This document shows positions 19,014 through 28,181 of a DNA stretch of 64,000 bases, piece after piece. Numbering within the stretch: position 1 is the stretch's first letter; the number at the start of each line of letters is the position of its first letter. A program made the translations under genes and the position numbers. The notes beneath the pieces are model-generated. The model was not told the DNA's origin, did no database searches, and saw only the letters and a list, made by a program, of their open reading frames with translations. Origin of the DNA: Candidatus Saganbacteria bacterium (lineage in GTDB: Bacteria; Margulisbacteria; WOR-1; XYC2-FULL-46-14; WPAF01); NCBI GenBank assembly GCA_016223205.1, contig JACRPM010000010.1, positions 26,441-90,440 on the forward strand, written 5' to 3'.

Positions 19014-20654
19014 ATGGGCAAGGCCTATTTGGGCCGGGCGGACGATATCGGCTCGCTGTTCATTAATCCCGCGGGGTTAGCGAACATCAAGGAGTGGCAA
19101 GCTACCTCCATGTCCGGCAAATTCATCAACGAGTTCAATTATCTTAATCTGGGATTTGCTTATCCCACCCGTTTCGGCACTTTCGGGTTTGGGTTCACTG
19201 GTTCCGACATCTCTTTTTCCGGTCCGGCGGCGGTCTTGGAATCGATCGATGGGGTAAGGGTGGTGCCTTCCACCACCGAGACCGTTTCTTATGGGTACAA
19301 CAACAGCGTGATGCTTTTGGGATACGGCGGGAAGGCGCGCGAAGATCTAGCGGTCGGCTTGACCTTAAAGCTTTTCTCTCCCATCCTTACCGGCCCGCAG
19401 ATCACGGGGGGTACGGCGCGGGGATTCGACGCCGACCTGGGTTTTTTATATGAGCCGCGTCCGGCAGTGCGGATGGGCGTTACGGTGCAGAACTTCGTCC
19501 CTTATTCTTTGGGCGGCAAGATACGCTGGGGGAACGGACAGGAAGAATCCTTTCCCTCGACCCTAAAGACCGGATTAAGCTTGATCTTAATGGGAGAAAA
19601 AGGGATCAGGAAGTTCGGTCAACAAGAACTCAAATTTAACTTTGACGGGGATTTTACCCCTCTGCGCCCCACTATCCCCAGCTTGTACCATCTGGGCCTG
19701 GAGTGGTCGCCGGTTTTGATCCTTGATCTGCGATTGGGGATCGACCAGGATATTATCGGGAAGGGCGGGGGACTGCTCGATGTCTCGAACAACTTTACCA
19801 CCGGAGTGGGAATTTACCTTGATGGCTTCCGTTTCGATTATGCCTTCCACCAGTATTATGGGGCGGTAGAGAACGATACCCATTATTTCTCCGTAAGCTA
19901 TGGGATCTTCAGGGAGCCCCCTCCTAAAGTCATAAAAGAACACCTGCATGTGATCGCGCCCGCCGATCGCGCCGTCTTTTACACCGATAAGGTCCCGGTC
20001 CTGGCGCAGGCGCTCGATCCGGAGATCAAACGGATCACCGTTGCCGGCCGAACCTGGAACGCGACCGCTGAAGAGATCGGGCTGGGGGTCGGAAAAAATC
20101 TTATATCGGTCGAGGGCTGGTCCGCTGCCGGTCGAAAAGTTGAGACCATCTACCTGCGGGAGCTGCGCCTGCTTTCTTTCAAAGATGTGGATGAGATCTA
20201 TTGGGCGCGACCCCCCATAGAACGGCTGGCGACATTGGGAATTTTGCGCGGTTATCCGGACGGCGACTTTAAGCCGCAGGAAAGGGTGCGGCGGCAGGAT
20301 CTTGCCGCTCTTTTGGCCCGGCTGATAAGCCCGGAAGCCCAAACCGAAGTTGCCGATCCCAAAAGATATGTCACCCGGGCCGAAGCGGTGACCATGATCT
20401 ATAATTTCGGCGGGGTCGCTCCCGTGCCGGTGCTCGAAAGTCCTTTTCCCGATATTCCCGGAAGATATTGGGCCGCAGGGGCAATATATGCGGCCAAATC
20501 GGCGGGGATCTTGAAATATCTGGAGGGTGGGAACTTTCTTCCGGGTAAGGAGCTCACCCGCGCCGAGATGGCCGAGCTGCTTTCCCGCGTCCCGTCGATA
20601 AAAGCGAGGATCGACTACCTTCTGGACTTTGAGCGGGGTTTTGCGGTAAAATAG
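19014..20654 (+). CDS. FadL/OmpP1-family (PorV-like) outer-membrane beta-barrel fused to two C-terminal SLH domains
   Basis: N-terminal motif VGARILGMGKAYLGRADDIGSLFINPAGLA is the FadL/TodX signature (G.G.A...DDA....NPA). C-terminal SLH repeats FKDVDEIYWARPPIERLATLGILRGYPDGDFKPQERVRRQDLAALLARL and FPDIPGRYWAAGAIYAAKSAGILKYLEGGNFLPGKELTRAEMAELLSRV. The reading frame is open upstream to about 18885 and encodes a signal peptide (IIGISLVIAVSSFGFSAQA) with no canonical start codon, so the true 5' end is uncertain. Confidence 0.6.
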   Translation: MGKAYLGRADDIGSLFINPAGLANIKEWQATSMSGKFINEFNYLNLGFAYPTRFGTFGFGFTGSDISFSGPAAVLESIDGVRVVPSTTETVSYGYNNSVMLLGYGGKAREDLAVGLTLKLFSPILTGPQITGGTARGFDADLGFLYEPRPAVRMGVTVQNFVPYSLGGKIRWGNGQEESFPSTLKTGLSLILMGEKGIRKFGQQELKFNFDGDFTPLRPTIPSLYHLGLEWSPVLILDLRLGIDQDIIGKGGGLLDVSNNFTTGVGIYLDGFRFDYAFHQYYGAVENDTHYFSVSYGIFREPPPKVIKEHLHVIAPADRAVFYTDKVPVLAQALDPEIKRITVAGRTWNATAEEIGLGVGKNLISVEGWSAAGRKVETIYLRELRLLSFKDVDEIYWARPPIERLATLGILRGYPDGDFKPQERVRRQDLAALLARLISPEAQTEVADPKRYVTRAEAVTMIYNFGGVAPVPVLESPFPDIPGRYWAAGAIYAAKSAGILKYLEGGNFLPGKELTRAEMAELLSRVPSIKARIDYLLDFERGFAVK

Positions 20655-20661
20655 AGGCCTC

Positions 20662-21999
20662 ATGTCCGAAGAACGCATCCCACCGCAAAACCTGGCAGCC
20701 GAGCAATCCGTCATCGGCTCACTGCTTATCGACAAGAACGCCATTGTCAAAGCCATAGAGATACTGCGCCCCGACAGCTTTTACCGCGACGCCCACCGTT
20801 TTATCTTTGAAGCGATCTTGGAGCTTTTTGACCGCGGCGAGCCGGTGGACCTGGTGACCGTGACCGAGGTTTTGCGCAAGGGCGGCAAATTGGACGCGGT
20901 GGGCGGATCGGTATATGTGGCGGACCTTATTAATTCCGTTCCCACCGCCGCCAACCTCGAGCATTACGCCAAGATCGTCGAAGAAAAAGCCACTCTCCGC
21001 CGCCTCATCGATGCCGGCACCCGGATAGTGGGCAGCAGCTTTGAAGCCGTCGAAAATGTGGACCAGATACTGGACCGCGCGGAAAAAAGCATCTTTGAGA
21101 TCGCGCTCAAGCGTTCCCGCGAGGGTTTCCACCGCTTAGACGAAGTGCTGAAATCGGTCCTAGACAAGATCGACCGGCTCTACGGCAAAAAAGAAAATAT
21201 CACCGGCATCCCCACGGGATTCGCCGACCTCGACAATCTGACCGCCGGTTTCCAGAACTCGGACCTCATTATCCTGGCGGCCCGCCCGTCGGTCGGCAAA
21301 ACCGCCCTGGCGCTCAACATCGCGCAAAACGCCGCCCTGCGCCACAAGATCCCGGTAGCTATCTTTTCGCTCGAGATGAGCAAGGACCAGCTGGCCCAAC
21401 GGATGCTGTGCTCCGAAGCCGAGATCGACGCCCTGCGGCTTAAGACCGCGAGCTTGCCCGATGCCGGCTGGAAGCGGCTCACCCGGGCGCTTTCCAAGCT
21501 TTCGGAAGCCCCCATCTTTGTCGACGATACCGCGGCCATCACCGTGACCGAGATCCGCGCCAAGTGCCGCCGGCTTAAGCTCGAGAAAGGGCTGGGGCTG
21601 GTGGTGATCGATTATCTCCAGCTCATGCAGGGGAGGGGCCGGATCGAGAACCGCGTGCAGGAGATCTCGGAGATCACCCGGTCGCTCAAGACCTTGGCCC
21701 GGGAGCTCGATATCCCGGTGGTCTCGCTCTCCCAGCTGTCGCGCGCGGTGATGCAAAGGCAGGACCGCACCCCCATGCTCTCGGACCTGCGTGAATCGGG
21801 CGAGATCGAGCAGACCGCGGATGTGGTGATCTTTATCCACCGCGACGATTATTACAATCCGCAATCCGAGAAGGGCAACCTCGCGGAGATCATCATCTCC
21901 AAACAGCGCAACGGCCCCATCGGCACGGTGGAGCTGGTCTTCCGCAAGGATATCGCCAAGTTCGTCAACAAGGAAAGCAGATATGAGGAGGTTGGCTAG
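20662..21999 (+). CDS. dnaB: Replicative DNA helicase DnaB
   Basis: 445 aa. N-terminal PPQNLAAEQSVIGSLLID. Walker A ARPSVGKTALALN. RecA-like C-terminal domain. Confidence 0.95.
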   Translation: MSEERIPPQNLAAEQSVIGSLLIDKNAIVKAIEILRPDSFYRDAHRFIFEAILELFDRGEPVDLVTVTEVLRKGGKLDAVGGSVYVADLINSVPTAANLEHYAKIVEEKATLRRLIDAGTRIVGSSFEAVENVDQILDRAEKSIFEIALKRSREGFHRLDEVLKSVLDKIDRLYGKKENITGIPTGFADLDNLTAGFQNSDLIILAARPSVGKTALALNIAQNAALRHKIPVAIFSLEMSKDQLAQRMLCSEAEIDALRLKTASLPDAGWKRLTRALSKLSEAPIFVDDTAAITVTEIRAKCRRLKLEKGLGLVVIDYLQLMQGRGRIENRVQEISEITRSLKTLARELDIPVVSLSQLSRAVMQRQDRTPMLSDLRESGEIEQTADVVIFIHRDDYYNPQSEKGNLAEIIISKQRNGPIGTVELVFRKDIAKFVNKESRYEEVG

Positions 22000-23479
22000 C
22001 TGTCTTCTGGCTGCGGCGCTGGTGCTCCTGGCGGGCGCCGCCTGGTCGGTTGAAAAAGACCTCAAGATCAATGCCCATTCTGTCGATTATGACAATGTTC
22101 ACAATCTCATCGAAGCCACCGGATCGGTGGAGGCCCTCTATAAGGATTTTTCCGCCTCCGGCGAACATCTGATCTACCACACCGATACCCGGGTCCTGAC
22201 GATGGACCGGGGTTTTAAATTCAAGTACGAGGAGGTCGATCTTAAGGGTGGGCAATTGACCTACGAGGTCCAATCCCGCCGGGGCGAGGCCCAAAAGGTC
22301 AGCGCACTCTACGACCGGCTGACCCTTACCGGCCAAAAGGTGAACTTCGATCCCGAAAAACTCGAACTGCATGATGCCGGTTTCAATAGCTGCGGCCTCG
22401 CGGGCCCGCATTACAATTTTACCGCCTCCGACATCCAGCTTTATCCCAAATCCGGTTGGTTGGTCGCCTATTGGGGATTGTTCTACCTGCAGGGCATTCC
22501 CACTATCCCGGTGCCGGTCTATATCTACGATGTGGAGGCGCAAAGAAGGGGGGAGGGCAATGTCCTGCCTTATCCGGTCTTGGGCAGTAACGCCGAGGAC
22601 GGCAATTTTATATCCGAAAGCTTCGCCTGGACGCGGAGCCGCGAACTTTTCGGCTCGGTGACGCTCGGCTATCTCGAAAAGAAGGGATTGAGCCTGGGAG
22701 TGGCGGCCAACTATCTCAATGACCAAAACAACTCCGGCAAGGTCCGGCTGGCGGGCAATCCCAAAGACGGCATTTGGGGCGGCTGGACCCATCAATATGC
22801 TTTCGGCGACCTGATCATCCCCGGGGAAAAATTCGCCTTTCGCCTGTTTAACCTGCCCTCTTTCCATCGTTACGACCTGGTATCCGACCTTACTTATCGG
22901 GAACGCATCAATTACGAGCGGGTGAGCCAGCTGCCCAACCTCAAGCTCACCGTCCGCCGGATCGACTGGGGAGAAATAAAAGGGGTGGGGGAAGCGCAGG
23001 CGGGCTATATTACCGAAGAATCGACTGGCGTATCCTTGGCCCGATATTCTCTTGCCGCGGACCTGGTGCGGCCGTATCCTTTGGGGGGGTGGGGATATTT
23101 GACCCCGGGAGTGAACCTCAACGGGACCTATTACGGCAACCACACCAATTGGAGAAAGATCCAGGGAAGGTTGGTCTGGGATTCGACCCTGGGGGAAAAC
23201 TTTACCACCAGTTTGGGTTATTACCATTATTTCCTTAACCAGGGGACCAGCCCCTTCAGGTACGAGCTGTACCGATTCACCTCGTCCGACCAGGTGACCG
23301 CCGGTTTCATCTATTCGTGGCAGTTGAGCAAACTGGGAGTGAGCGCGGCCTATAACCTCCCTTCCGGCGCCCCGCAAGATATCGATTATCTCTTTAAAGT
23401 CGGCTTCCATTGTTATAGTATAGGAGCGACCTATCGCGCCATGCGCAACGAGTTCTATATGATATTCAACCTAATATAA
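21983..23479 (+). CDS. OstA/LptD-like outer-membrane protein (short LPS-assembly LptD homologue, tentative)
   Basis: Signal peptide MRRLASCLLAAALVLLAGAAWS. N-terminal beta-jellyroll-like region with LptA/OstA-style alternating pattern. C-terminal beta-rich region of about 350 aa. A 17-nt overlap with dnaB. Confidence 0.4.
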   Translation: MRRLASCLLAAALVLLAGAAWSVEKDLKINAHSVDYDNVHNLIEATGSVEALYKDFSASGEHLIYHTDTRVLTMDRGFKFKYEEVDLKGGQLTYEVQSRRGEAQKVSALYDRLTLTGQKVNFDPEKLELHDAGFNSCGLAGPHYNFTASDIQLYPKSGWLVAYWGLFYLQGIPTIPVPVYIYDVEAQRRGEGNVLPYPVLGSNAEDGNFISESFAWTRSRELFGSVTLGYLEKKGLSLGVAANYLNDQNNSGKVRLAGNPKDGIWGGWTHQYAFGDLIIPGEKFAFRLFNLPSFHRYDLVSDLTYRERINYERVSQLPNLKLTVRRIDWGEIKGVGEAQAGYITEESTGVSLARYSLAADLVRPYPLGGWGYLTPGVNLNGTYYGNHTNWRKIQGRLVWDSTLGENFTTSLGYYHYFLNQGTSPFRYELYRFTSSDQVTAGFIYSWQLSKLGVSAAYNLPSGAPQDIDYLFKVGFHCYSIGATYRAMRNEFYMIFNLI

Positions 23480-23480
23480 T

Positions 23481-24059
23481 ATGTTCATAACTTTTGAGGG
23501 CGGTGAAGGTTCCGGTAAATCCACCCACGCGCGGCTCCTGTCCGAGCGCCTGTCGGCAGTTTTAACCCACGAGCCGGGAGGGACGGCGGTCGGCAAGCTC
23601 ATCCGCGAGGCCCTGCTCAACCGCGAGTCGGAGCTCGAAGCCATGTCGGAAATATTCCTTTTTGCGGCCGATCGGGTGGAACATATGGAAAAGGTCATCC
23701 TGCCCGCGCTCCACGCCAAAAAGATCGTGATCTCCGACCGTTTCCTCGATTCGACCATTGCCTACCAGCTGGCGGGGAGGGGCCTGCCCGAGGACCTGGT
23801 GAGATACGTTAATTGGGTATCCTGCCGGGGTACTATCCCCGACCTGACTTTTTACCTCGATGTTCCGGTCAAGGAAGGGCTGCTGCGCGCACAAAAGCGC
23901 GGCGCGGCCGACCGCTTTGAGGCGGAGATCTTGGCCTTCCACGAAAGGGTACGCGACAAGTATCTCGAGATCGCGCGGGATAATCCGGAACGCGTTAAAG
24001 TAATTGAGAGCGTGGGTTCGATAGACGAGGTCCAGGCGCGGATCAGAAAGCTGATATGA
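23481..24059 (+). CDS. tmk: Thymidylate kinase
   Basis: MFITFEGGEGSGKSTHARLL P-loop. DRF lid motif. 192 aa. Confidence 0.9.
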   Translation: MFITFEGGEGSGKSTHARLLSERLSAVLTHEPGGTAVGKLIREALLNRESELEAMSEIFLFAADRVEHMEKVILPALHAKKIVISDRFLDSTIAYQLAGRGLPEDLVRYVNWVSCRGTIPDLTFYLDVPVKEGLLRAQKRGAADRFEAEILAFHERVRDKYLEIARDNPERVKVIESVGSIDEVQARIRKLI

Positions 24060-26662
24060 AAAGCGACGAAATTCGAAAGACGTTCTTGAAATATTTTGAG
24101 AGCAAGGGGCATAAGATATTGCCTTCCTCTTCGCTTATCCCCAAAGATCCCACGGTCTTGCTGACCCTGGCGGGGATGCTGCAGTTCAAACCCATCTTTT
24201 TGGGGATCGAGGAGCCGCAGCACAAAAAGGTAGCCACCGTGCAGAAGTGCATCCGCATGAACGACCTGGAAAACGTAGGAAAGACCTCCCGCCATCACAC
24301 TTTTTTTGAGATGCTGGGTAATTTTTCTTTCGGCGATTATTTTAAGACCGAGGCCATCGAGATGGCCTGGGAGCTTTTGACCAAGGTATATGGGCTGCCG
24401 GCGGACCGGCTGGTGGCGGCGGTCTATGAGAAAGATGACGAGGCGGCCGAGATCTGGGCTAAAAAGATCAAACTTCCCATCGACCGCATCTACCGATTAG
24501 ACGAGGAGAATAATTTTTGGTCGGCGGGGCCCACCGGTCCCTGCGGGCCGTGCTCCGAGATCTATTATGATTACGGCACACCTTGCGGCCGGCCCAACTG
24601 CAATCCCGCCTGCGATTGCGAGCGTTTCCTGGAGGTATGGAACCTGGTCTTTATCGAGTTCGACCGCCAGGAATCCGGGCATCTGGTCCCGCTCCCCAAA
24701 AAGAACATCGATACGGGAATGGGGCTCGAGCGGATCGCCCGTCTGCTCCAGAACGTTGAGACCAATTTCGACACCGACCTGTTCGCCCCCATCCTTAAAG
24801 AGCTTCCCGATCCGCAGAACCTTCCGGCCCGGGTGGTGGCCGACCATGTCCGCGCGGCCACTTATCTTTTGGCCGATGGGTTGCGGCCCGGCAACGAGGG
24901 GAGGGGCTATGTCCTGCGCCGTATCATCCGCCGGGCCGTGCTGTTCTTAAAGAAGTTGAAATTGACCGAGGCCTATTTATCCAAATTGGCGGAGATAGTC
25001 ATTTTGATCAACCAGGCCGCCTATCCCGAGCTGGGACGGGAGAGAAAGAACATATTGAGCATCCTCAACTACGAGGAAAAAGCGTTCAGCGCCACGCTGG
25101 AGTCCGGGCTCAAATTGCTCGATAAATATCGGGGCGCAAAGATACTGCCGGGAGAGGAGGCCTTTAAACTCCACGACACCTATGGATTTCCCATCGAGTT
25201 GACCCGGGAGCTTATGGCGGTGGATGAGGCGGGGTTTGCCAAATGCATGGAAGAACAGCGGGGGCGGGCCCGCCAGGCAGGCAGTTTCCGCGAAAAGTTC
25301 GATGCCGCCCAGCTTAAGAACCTGGGCCGGACCAATTTTATCGGCTACGACAAATTCGAAGCCGAAGCCAAGATCACCGGCATGGTTCCCGAAGAGAATA
25401 TTGTGGTGCTCGACAAATCGCCTTTCTATCCTGAAGGCGGCGGGCAGGTGGGAGATACCGGCATTTTGGGGGAGAACCTGGTGCAGGATACTTACGGCGA
25501 GATCGGCGGCCTCATCGGGCACAAACTCGACCACGCCGACAATTTAAAAGTCGGCCAAAAGGTCAAGGTCAAGATCGACCTAAGCAAACGGGCCGCAACT
25601 TCCGCGCACCATACCTCGACCCATCTTTTGCAAGCGGCTTTGCGCCGGGTGCTGGGGCCGGAGGTTAAACAATCCGGATCGCTGGTGGCCCCCGACCGCC
25701 TGCGTTTTGACTACACTTCTACCCGAGCCCTGACCCCGGCAGAGATCGGGCAGGTGGAGAAGATCGTAAATGATTCCATAAAAGCGGCCCTGCCGGTAGA
25801 AATATTCGAGACCACAATGGAGGAAGCGCGGAAACTCGGGGTTTTGGCCTTCTTCGAAGAAAAATATGGGGAAAAGGTGAGGGTCGTGAAGATCGACGAG
25901 GTGAGCCGCGAGCTGTGCGGCGGCTGTCATGTTAAAAATACCAAAGAGATCGCTTTCTTTAAGATAGTTAAAGAAGACGCCCTGCAGGCCGGGGTGAGAC
26001 GCATCGAAGCGACGGCCGGATCCGCCGCTAAAGTATCGACCGTTTTCCGCGGCAAGAACTTAAAGCTGACCATCGACGGACTTATGCAAAAGCACCGCCT
26101 GCTGCAGGCCCAGGCCGGGAAACAGCTGGAAGCGGATATCTTTGAGATCGATGTGGAAGAGATCGAACGCCTGAAAAGGGCGGTGGACGCGCAGGATATC
26201 GAGAACGTCAACAAGTTCCTGGAGCATTTAGAAGGGCGTCGCGAATGGCTGCGCGACCGTAATTTGACATTGGAAAAGGAGATCGGAAAGCTCAAAGAGA
26301 AGCAGGCGCTGGAGAGAGCAGATGACATCGCCAAGGATATCAAGGAGATCAAGGGAGTGCGGGTCTTGGCCGTGGAGCTGGCCGGATTCAATATCGACAA
26401 CCTGCGGTCTTTGTCTGATTCATTGCGGCAAAAGATAGGATCGGGGATATTGCTTCTGGCCGGCACGGCGGAGGGGAAGGTATCGTTTTTGGTCTCGGTT
26501 CCAGACGAGCTAACTTCCAAATATCATGCCGGAAAGCTGGCTAAAATATTGGCGGAAACGTGCGGTGGGGGCGGGGGCGGCAAGGCCAACAAAGCCGAGG
26601 CCGGCGGTAAAGACCCCTCAAAAGTTGGAGAAGCTTTCAACCAGGCGATCGGGTCGCTATGA
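24056..26662 (+). CDS. alaS: Alanine--tRNA ligase
   Basis: 868 aa. N-terminal MKSDEIRKTFLKYFESKGH. HxxxH/CxxxH editing motifs (HHTSTHLL, CGGCH). Gly-rich C-terminus. A 4-nt overlap with tmk. Confidence 0.95.
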   Translation: MKSDEIRKTFLKYFESKGHKILPSSSLIPKDPTVLLTLAGMLQFKPIFLGIEEPQHKKVATVQKCIRMNDLENVGKTSRHHTFFEMLGNFSFGDYFKTEAIEMAWELLTKVYGLPADRLVAAVYEKDDEAAEIWAKKIKLPIDRIYRLDEENNFWSAGPTGPCGPCSEIYYDYGTPCGRPNCNPACDCERFLEVWNLVFIEFDRQESGHLVPLPKKNIDTGMGLERIARLLQNVETNFDTDLFAPILKELPDPQNLPARVVADHVRAATYLLADGLRPGNEGRGYVLRRIIRRAVLFLKKLKLTEAYLSKLAEIVILINQAAYPELGRERKNILSILNYEEKAFSATLESGLKLLDKYRGAKILPGEEAFKLHDTYGFPIELTRELMAVDEAGFAKCMEEQRGRARQAGSFREKFDAAQLKNLGRTNFIGYDKFEAEAKITGMVPEENIVVLDKSPFYPEGGGQVGDTGILGENLVQDTYGEIGGLIGHKLDHADNLKVGQKVKVKIDLSKRAATSAHHTSTHLLQAALRRVLGPEVKQSGSLVAPDRLRFDYTSTRALTPAEIGQVEKIVNDSIKAALPVEIFETTMEEARKLGVLAFFEEKYGEKVRVVKIDEVSRELCGGCHVKNTKEIAFFKIVKEDALQAGVRRIEATAGSAAKVSTVFRGKNLKLTIDGLMQKHRLLQAQAGKQLEADIFEIDVEEIERLKRAVDAQDIENVNKFLEHLEGRREWLRDRNLTLEKEIGKLKEKQALERADDIAKDIKEIKGVRVLAVELAGFNIDNLRSLSDSLRQKIGSGILLLAGTAEGKVSFLVSVPDELTSKYHAGKLAKILAETCGGGGGGKANKAEAGGKDPSKVGEAFNQAIGSL

Positions 26663-26798
26663 CCTCACCCCTTCGCTTCGCTCTTCCCCTCTCCATCAAA
26701 GATGGAGAGGGGCTATCAATAAAAGGAAATCAGTTGACAATCAGAATAACCCCCTCTCTACGAAGTGGAGAGGGGGTGCCCGAAGGGCGGGGGTGAGG
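26663..26798. repeat. Family-1 composite palindromic element (CCTCACCCC ... two CCCCTCTCCA/TGGAGAGGGG-type hairpins ... GGGGTGAGG) filling the alaS-ruvX spacer
   Basis: Outer 9-nt inverted repeat CCTCACCCC/GGGGTGAGG. Hairpins cccctctccaTCAAAGAtggagagggg and ccccctctctaCGAAgtggagaggggg. GC hairpin gcccGAAgggc. An internal TTGACA may serve as the -35 for ruvX. Confidence 0.6.
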
Positions 26799-26799
26799 T

Positions 26800-27222
26800 A
26801 TGAGGATCTTAGGCATTGATTACGGGGACCAGCGCATCGGTATCGCGATGTCGGACCCTCTGGGTTTTACCGCGCAGGCGGTGGCGGTGGTGGGCAAAGG
26901 CCCGACCTTTGAGGAAGACATAAAGGAACTTAAAAAAATAATTAAGAAGTTCGAAGGCATCGACGAGATCGTGGTGGGACTGCCCAAAACCATGTCCGGG
27001 GAGGTCAAGGAGCAGGCCGAAAAGGTGCTGGCCTTTGTCGAAGCCCTGAAAAAGTCATTCAAGATACCCATCCTTACCTGGGATGAGCGTTTGACCACGG
27101 TCTTGGCGGAGCGCGCCCTGCGCGAGGCCGGGGTGCCGGCCAAAAAACGGCGCGGGATCGTGGATAAGACCGCGGCCGGCTATATCCTGCAAAGTTATCT
27201 GGACAACCAAAGCAAGAGATGA
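26800..27222 (+). CDS. ruvX: Putative pre-16S rRNA nuclease / Holliday-junction resolvase-like YqgF
   Basis: MRILGIDYGDQRIGIAMSD catalytic Asp motif. 140 aa. Confidence 0.85.
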   Translation: MRILGIDYGDQRIGIAMSDPLGFTAQAVAVVGKGPTFEEDIKELKKIIKKFEGIDEIVVGLPKTMSGEVKEQAEKVLAFVEALKKSFKIPILTWDERLTTVLAERALREAGVPAKKRRGIVDKTAAGYILQSYLDNQSKR

Positions 27223-28181
27223 AGAACCTAAAGTTGATCGTGATCGTTACCGCCGCGGTGGTTTTAATATTCGGCGCCTATTCGGTATTGTCACTTTTAT
27301 TGAGCATCGGCTCTAACGGCAAATCGGTGAAAGTAGAGATCAAGCCCGGCGCTTCCGCCTCGTCTATAGCTTATGACCTGGCCCAACAAAAAGTCATTAA
27401 AAGCGCCCGGGATTTTAAACTGGTCGCCTTTATTTTGGGGTCGTCAAACAAGTTCCAGGCGGGCCTTTATAAATTCAAGCCCCGTACGCCGCTCTATGAG
27501 GTGATCCTCAAGCTAAAGATGGGATCGATCATGGCGCCCGAGCCGCTCACGGTCACCTTCCCCGAAGGCGCCTCGATCTACAAGATGGGAAGCATTTTGG
27601 AGAAGGCCGGCATGCTGGATTTTAAGGATTTCCGCAAGCTTACCCGGGAAGAGGGCTATTTGTATCCGGATACTTATATTTTCGACAAGGAGATCACCGC
27701 GGAGGCCCTGGCCAATCTAATGCGGAAGAGGTTCAATGAAGTGGTCCTGCCTTACTGGGAGCAGAATAAAAAAGCGACCAAATACGATCTGCGCCAGATC
27801 CTGATCTTGGCTTCGATCATTGAGAAGGAGGCCGCGCAGGAGAAAGAACGCCCGATCATCTCTTCGGTATTTCATAATCGGTTAGACATCAAAATGGCGC
27901 TCGATTCCTGTTCAACCGTAAAGTATGCGCTGGAAAAACCTACCAAAGTCGTCTATTTCGATCAACTGAAATACCCTTCGCCTTACAATACTTATCTGCA
28001 TCGCGGCCTGCCTCCGGGGCCCATCTGTAATCCCGGTTTGGCTTCCATCAAAGCGGCCATCTATCCGGCTAAGACCAATTATTTATATTTTGTGGCCAAC
28101 CAGGACGGCTCGCATACTTTCTCCGCCACCTGGGCCGAGCATCAGAAAGCGAGGTTAAAAGTCCCTACTCCCACTCGATAG
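27219..28181 (+). CDS. mltG: Endolytic murein transglycosylase MltG (YceG family)
   Basis: N-terminal TM helix. YceG motifs YLYPDTYIF and YNTYLHRGLPPGPICNPG. A 4-nt overlap with ruvX. Confidence 0.8.
   Translation: MKNLKLIVIVTAAVVLIFGAYSVLSLLLSIGSNGKSVKVEIKPGASASSIAYDLAQQKVIKSARDFKLVAFILGSSNKFQAGLYKFKPRTPLYEVILKLKMGSIMAPEPLTVTFPEGASIYKMGSILEKAGMLDFKDFRKLTREEGYLYPDTYIFDKEITAEALANLMRKRFNEVVLPYWEQNKKATKYDLRQILILASIIEKEAAQEKERPIISSVFHNRLDIKMALDSCSTVKYALEKPTKVVYFDQLKYPSPYNTYLHRGLPPGPICNPGLASIKAAIYPAKTNYLYFVANQDGSHTFSATWAEHQKARLKVPTPTR

Noticed and set aside
19587-23410. Large minus-strand ORFs 19587..20756 (389 aa), 21160..22071 (303 aa) and 21965..23410 (481 aa)
   Set aside because: They lie antisense to the well-supported FadL-SLH, dnaB and LptD-like genes. 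Their compositions are Arg/Gly/Pro-rich as expected of GC-rich shadow frames.
25927-26520. Minus-strand ORF 25927..26520 (197 aa) and other antisense ORFs within alaS
   Set aside because: Shadow frames of alaS, with Ser/Arg-rich low-complexity products.
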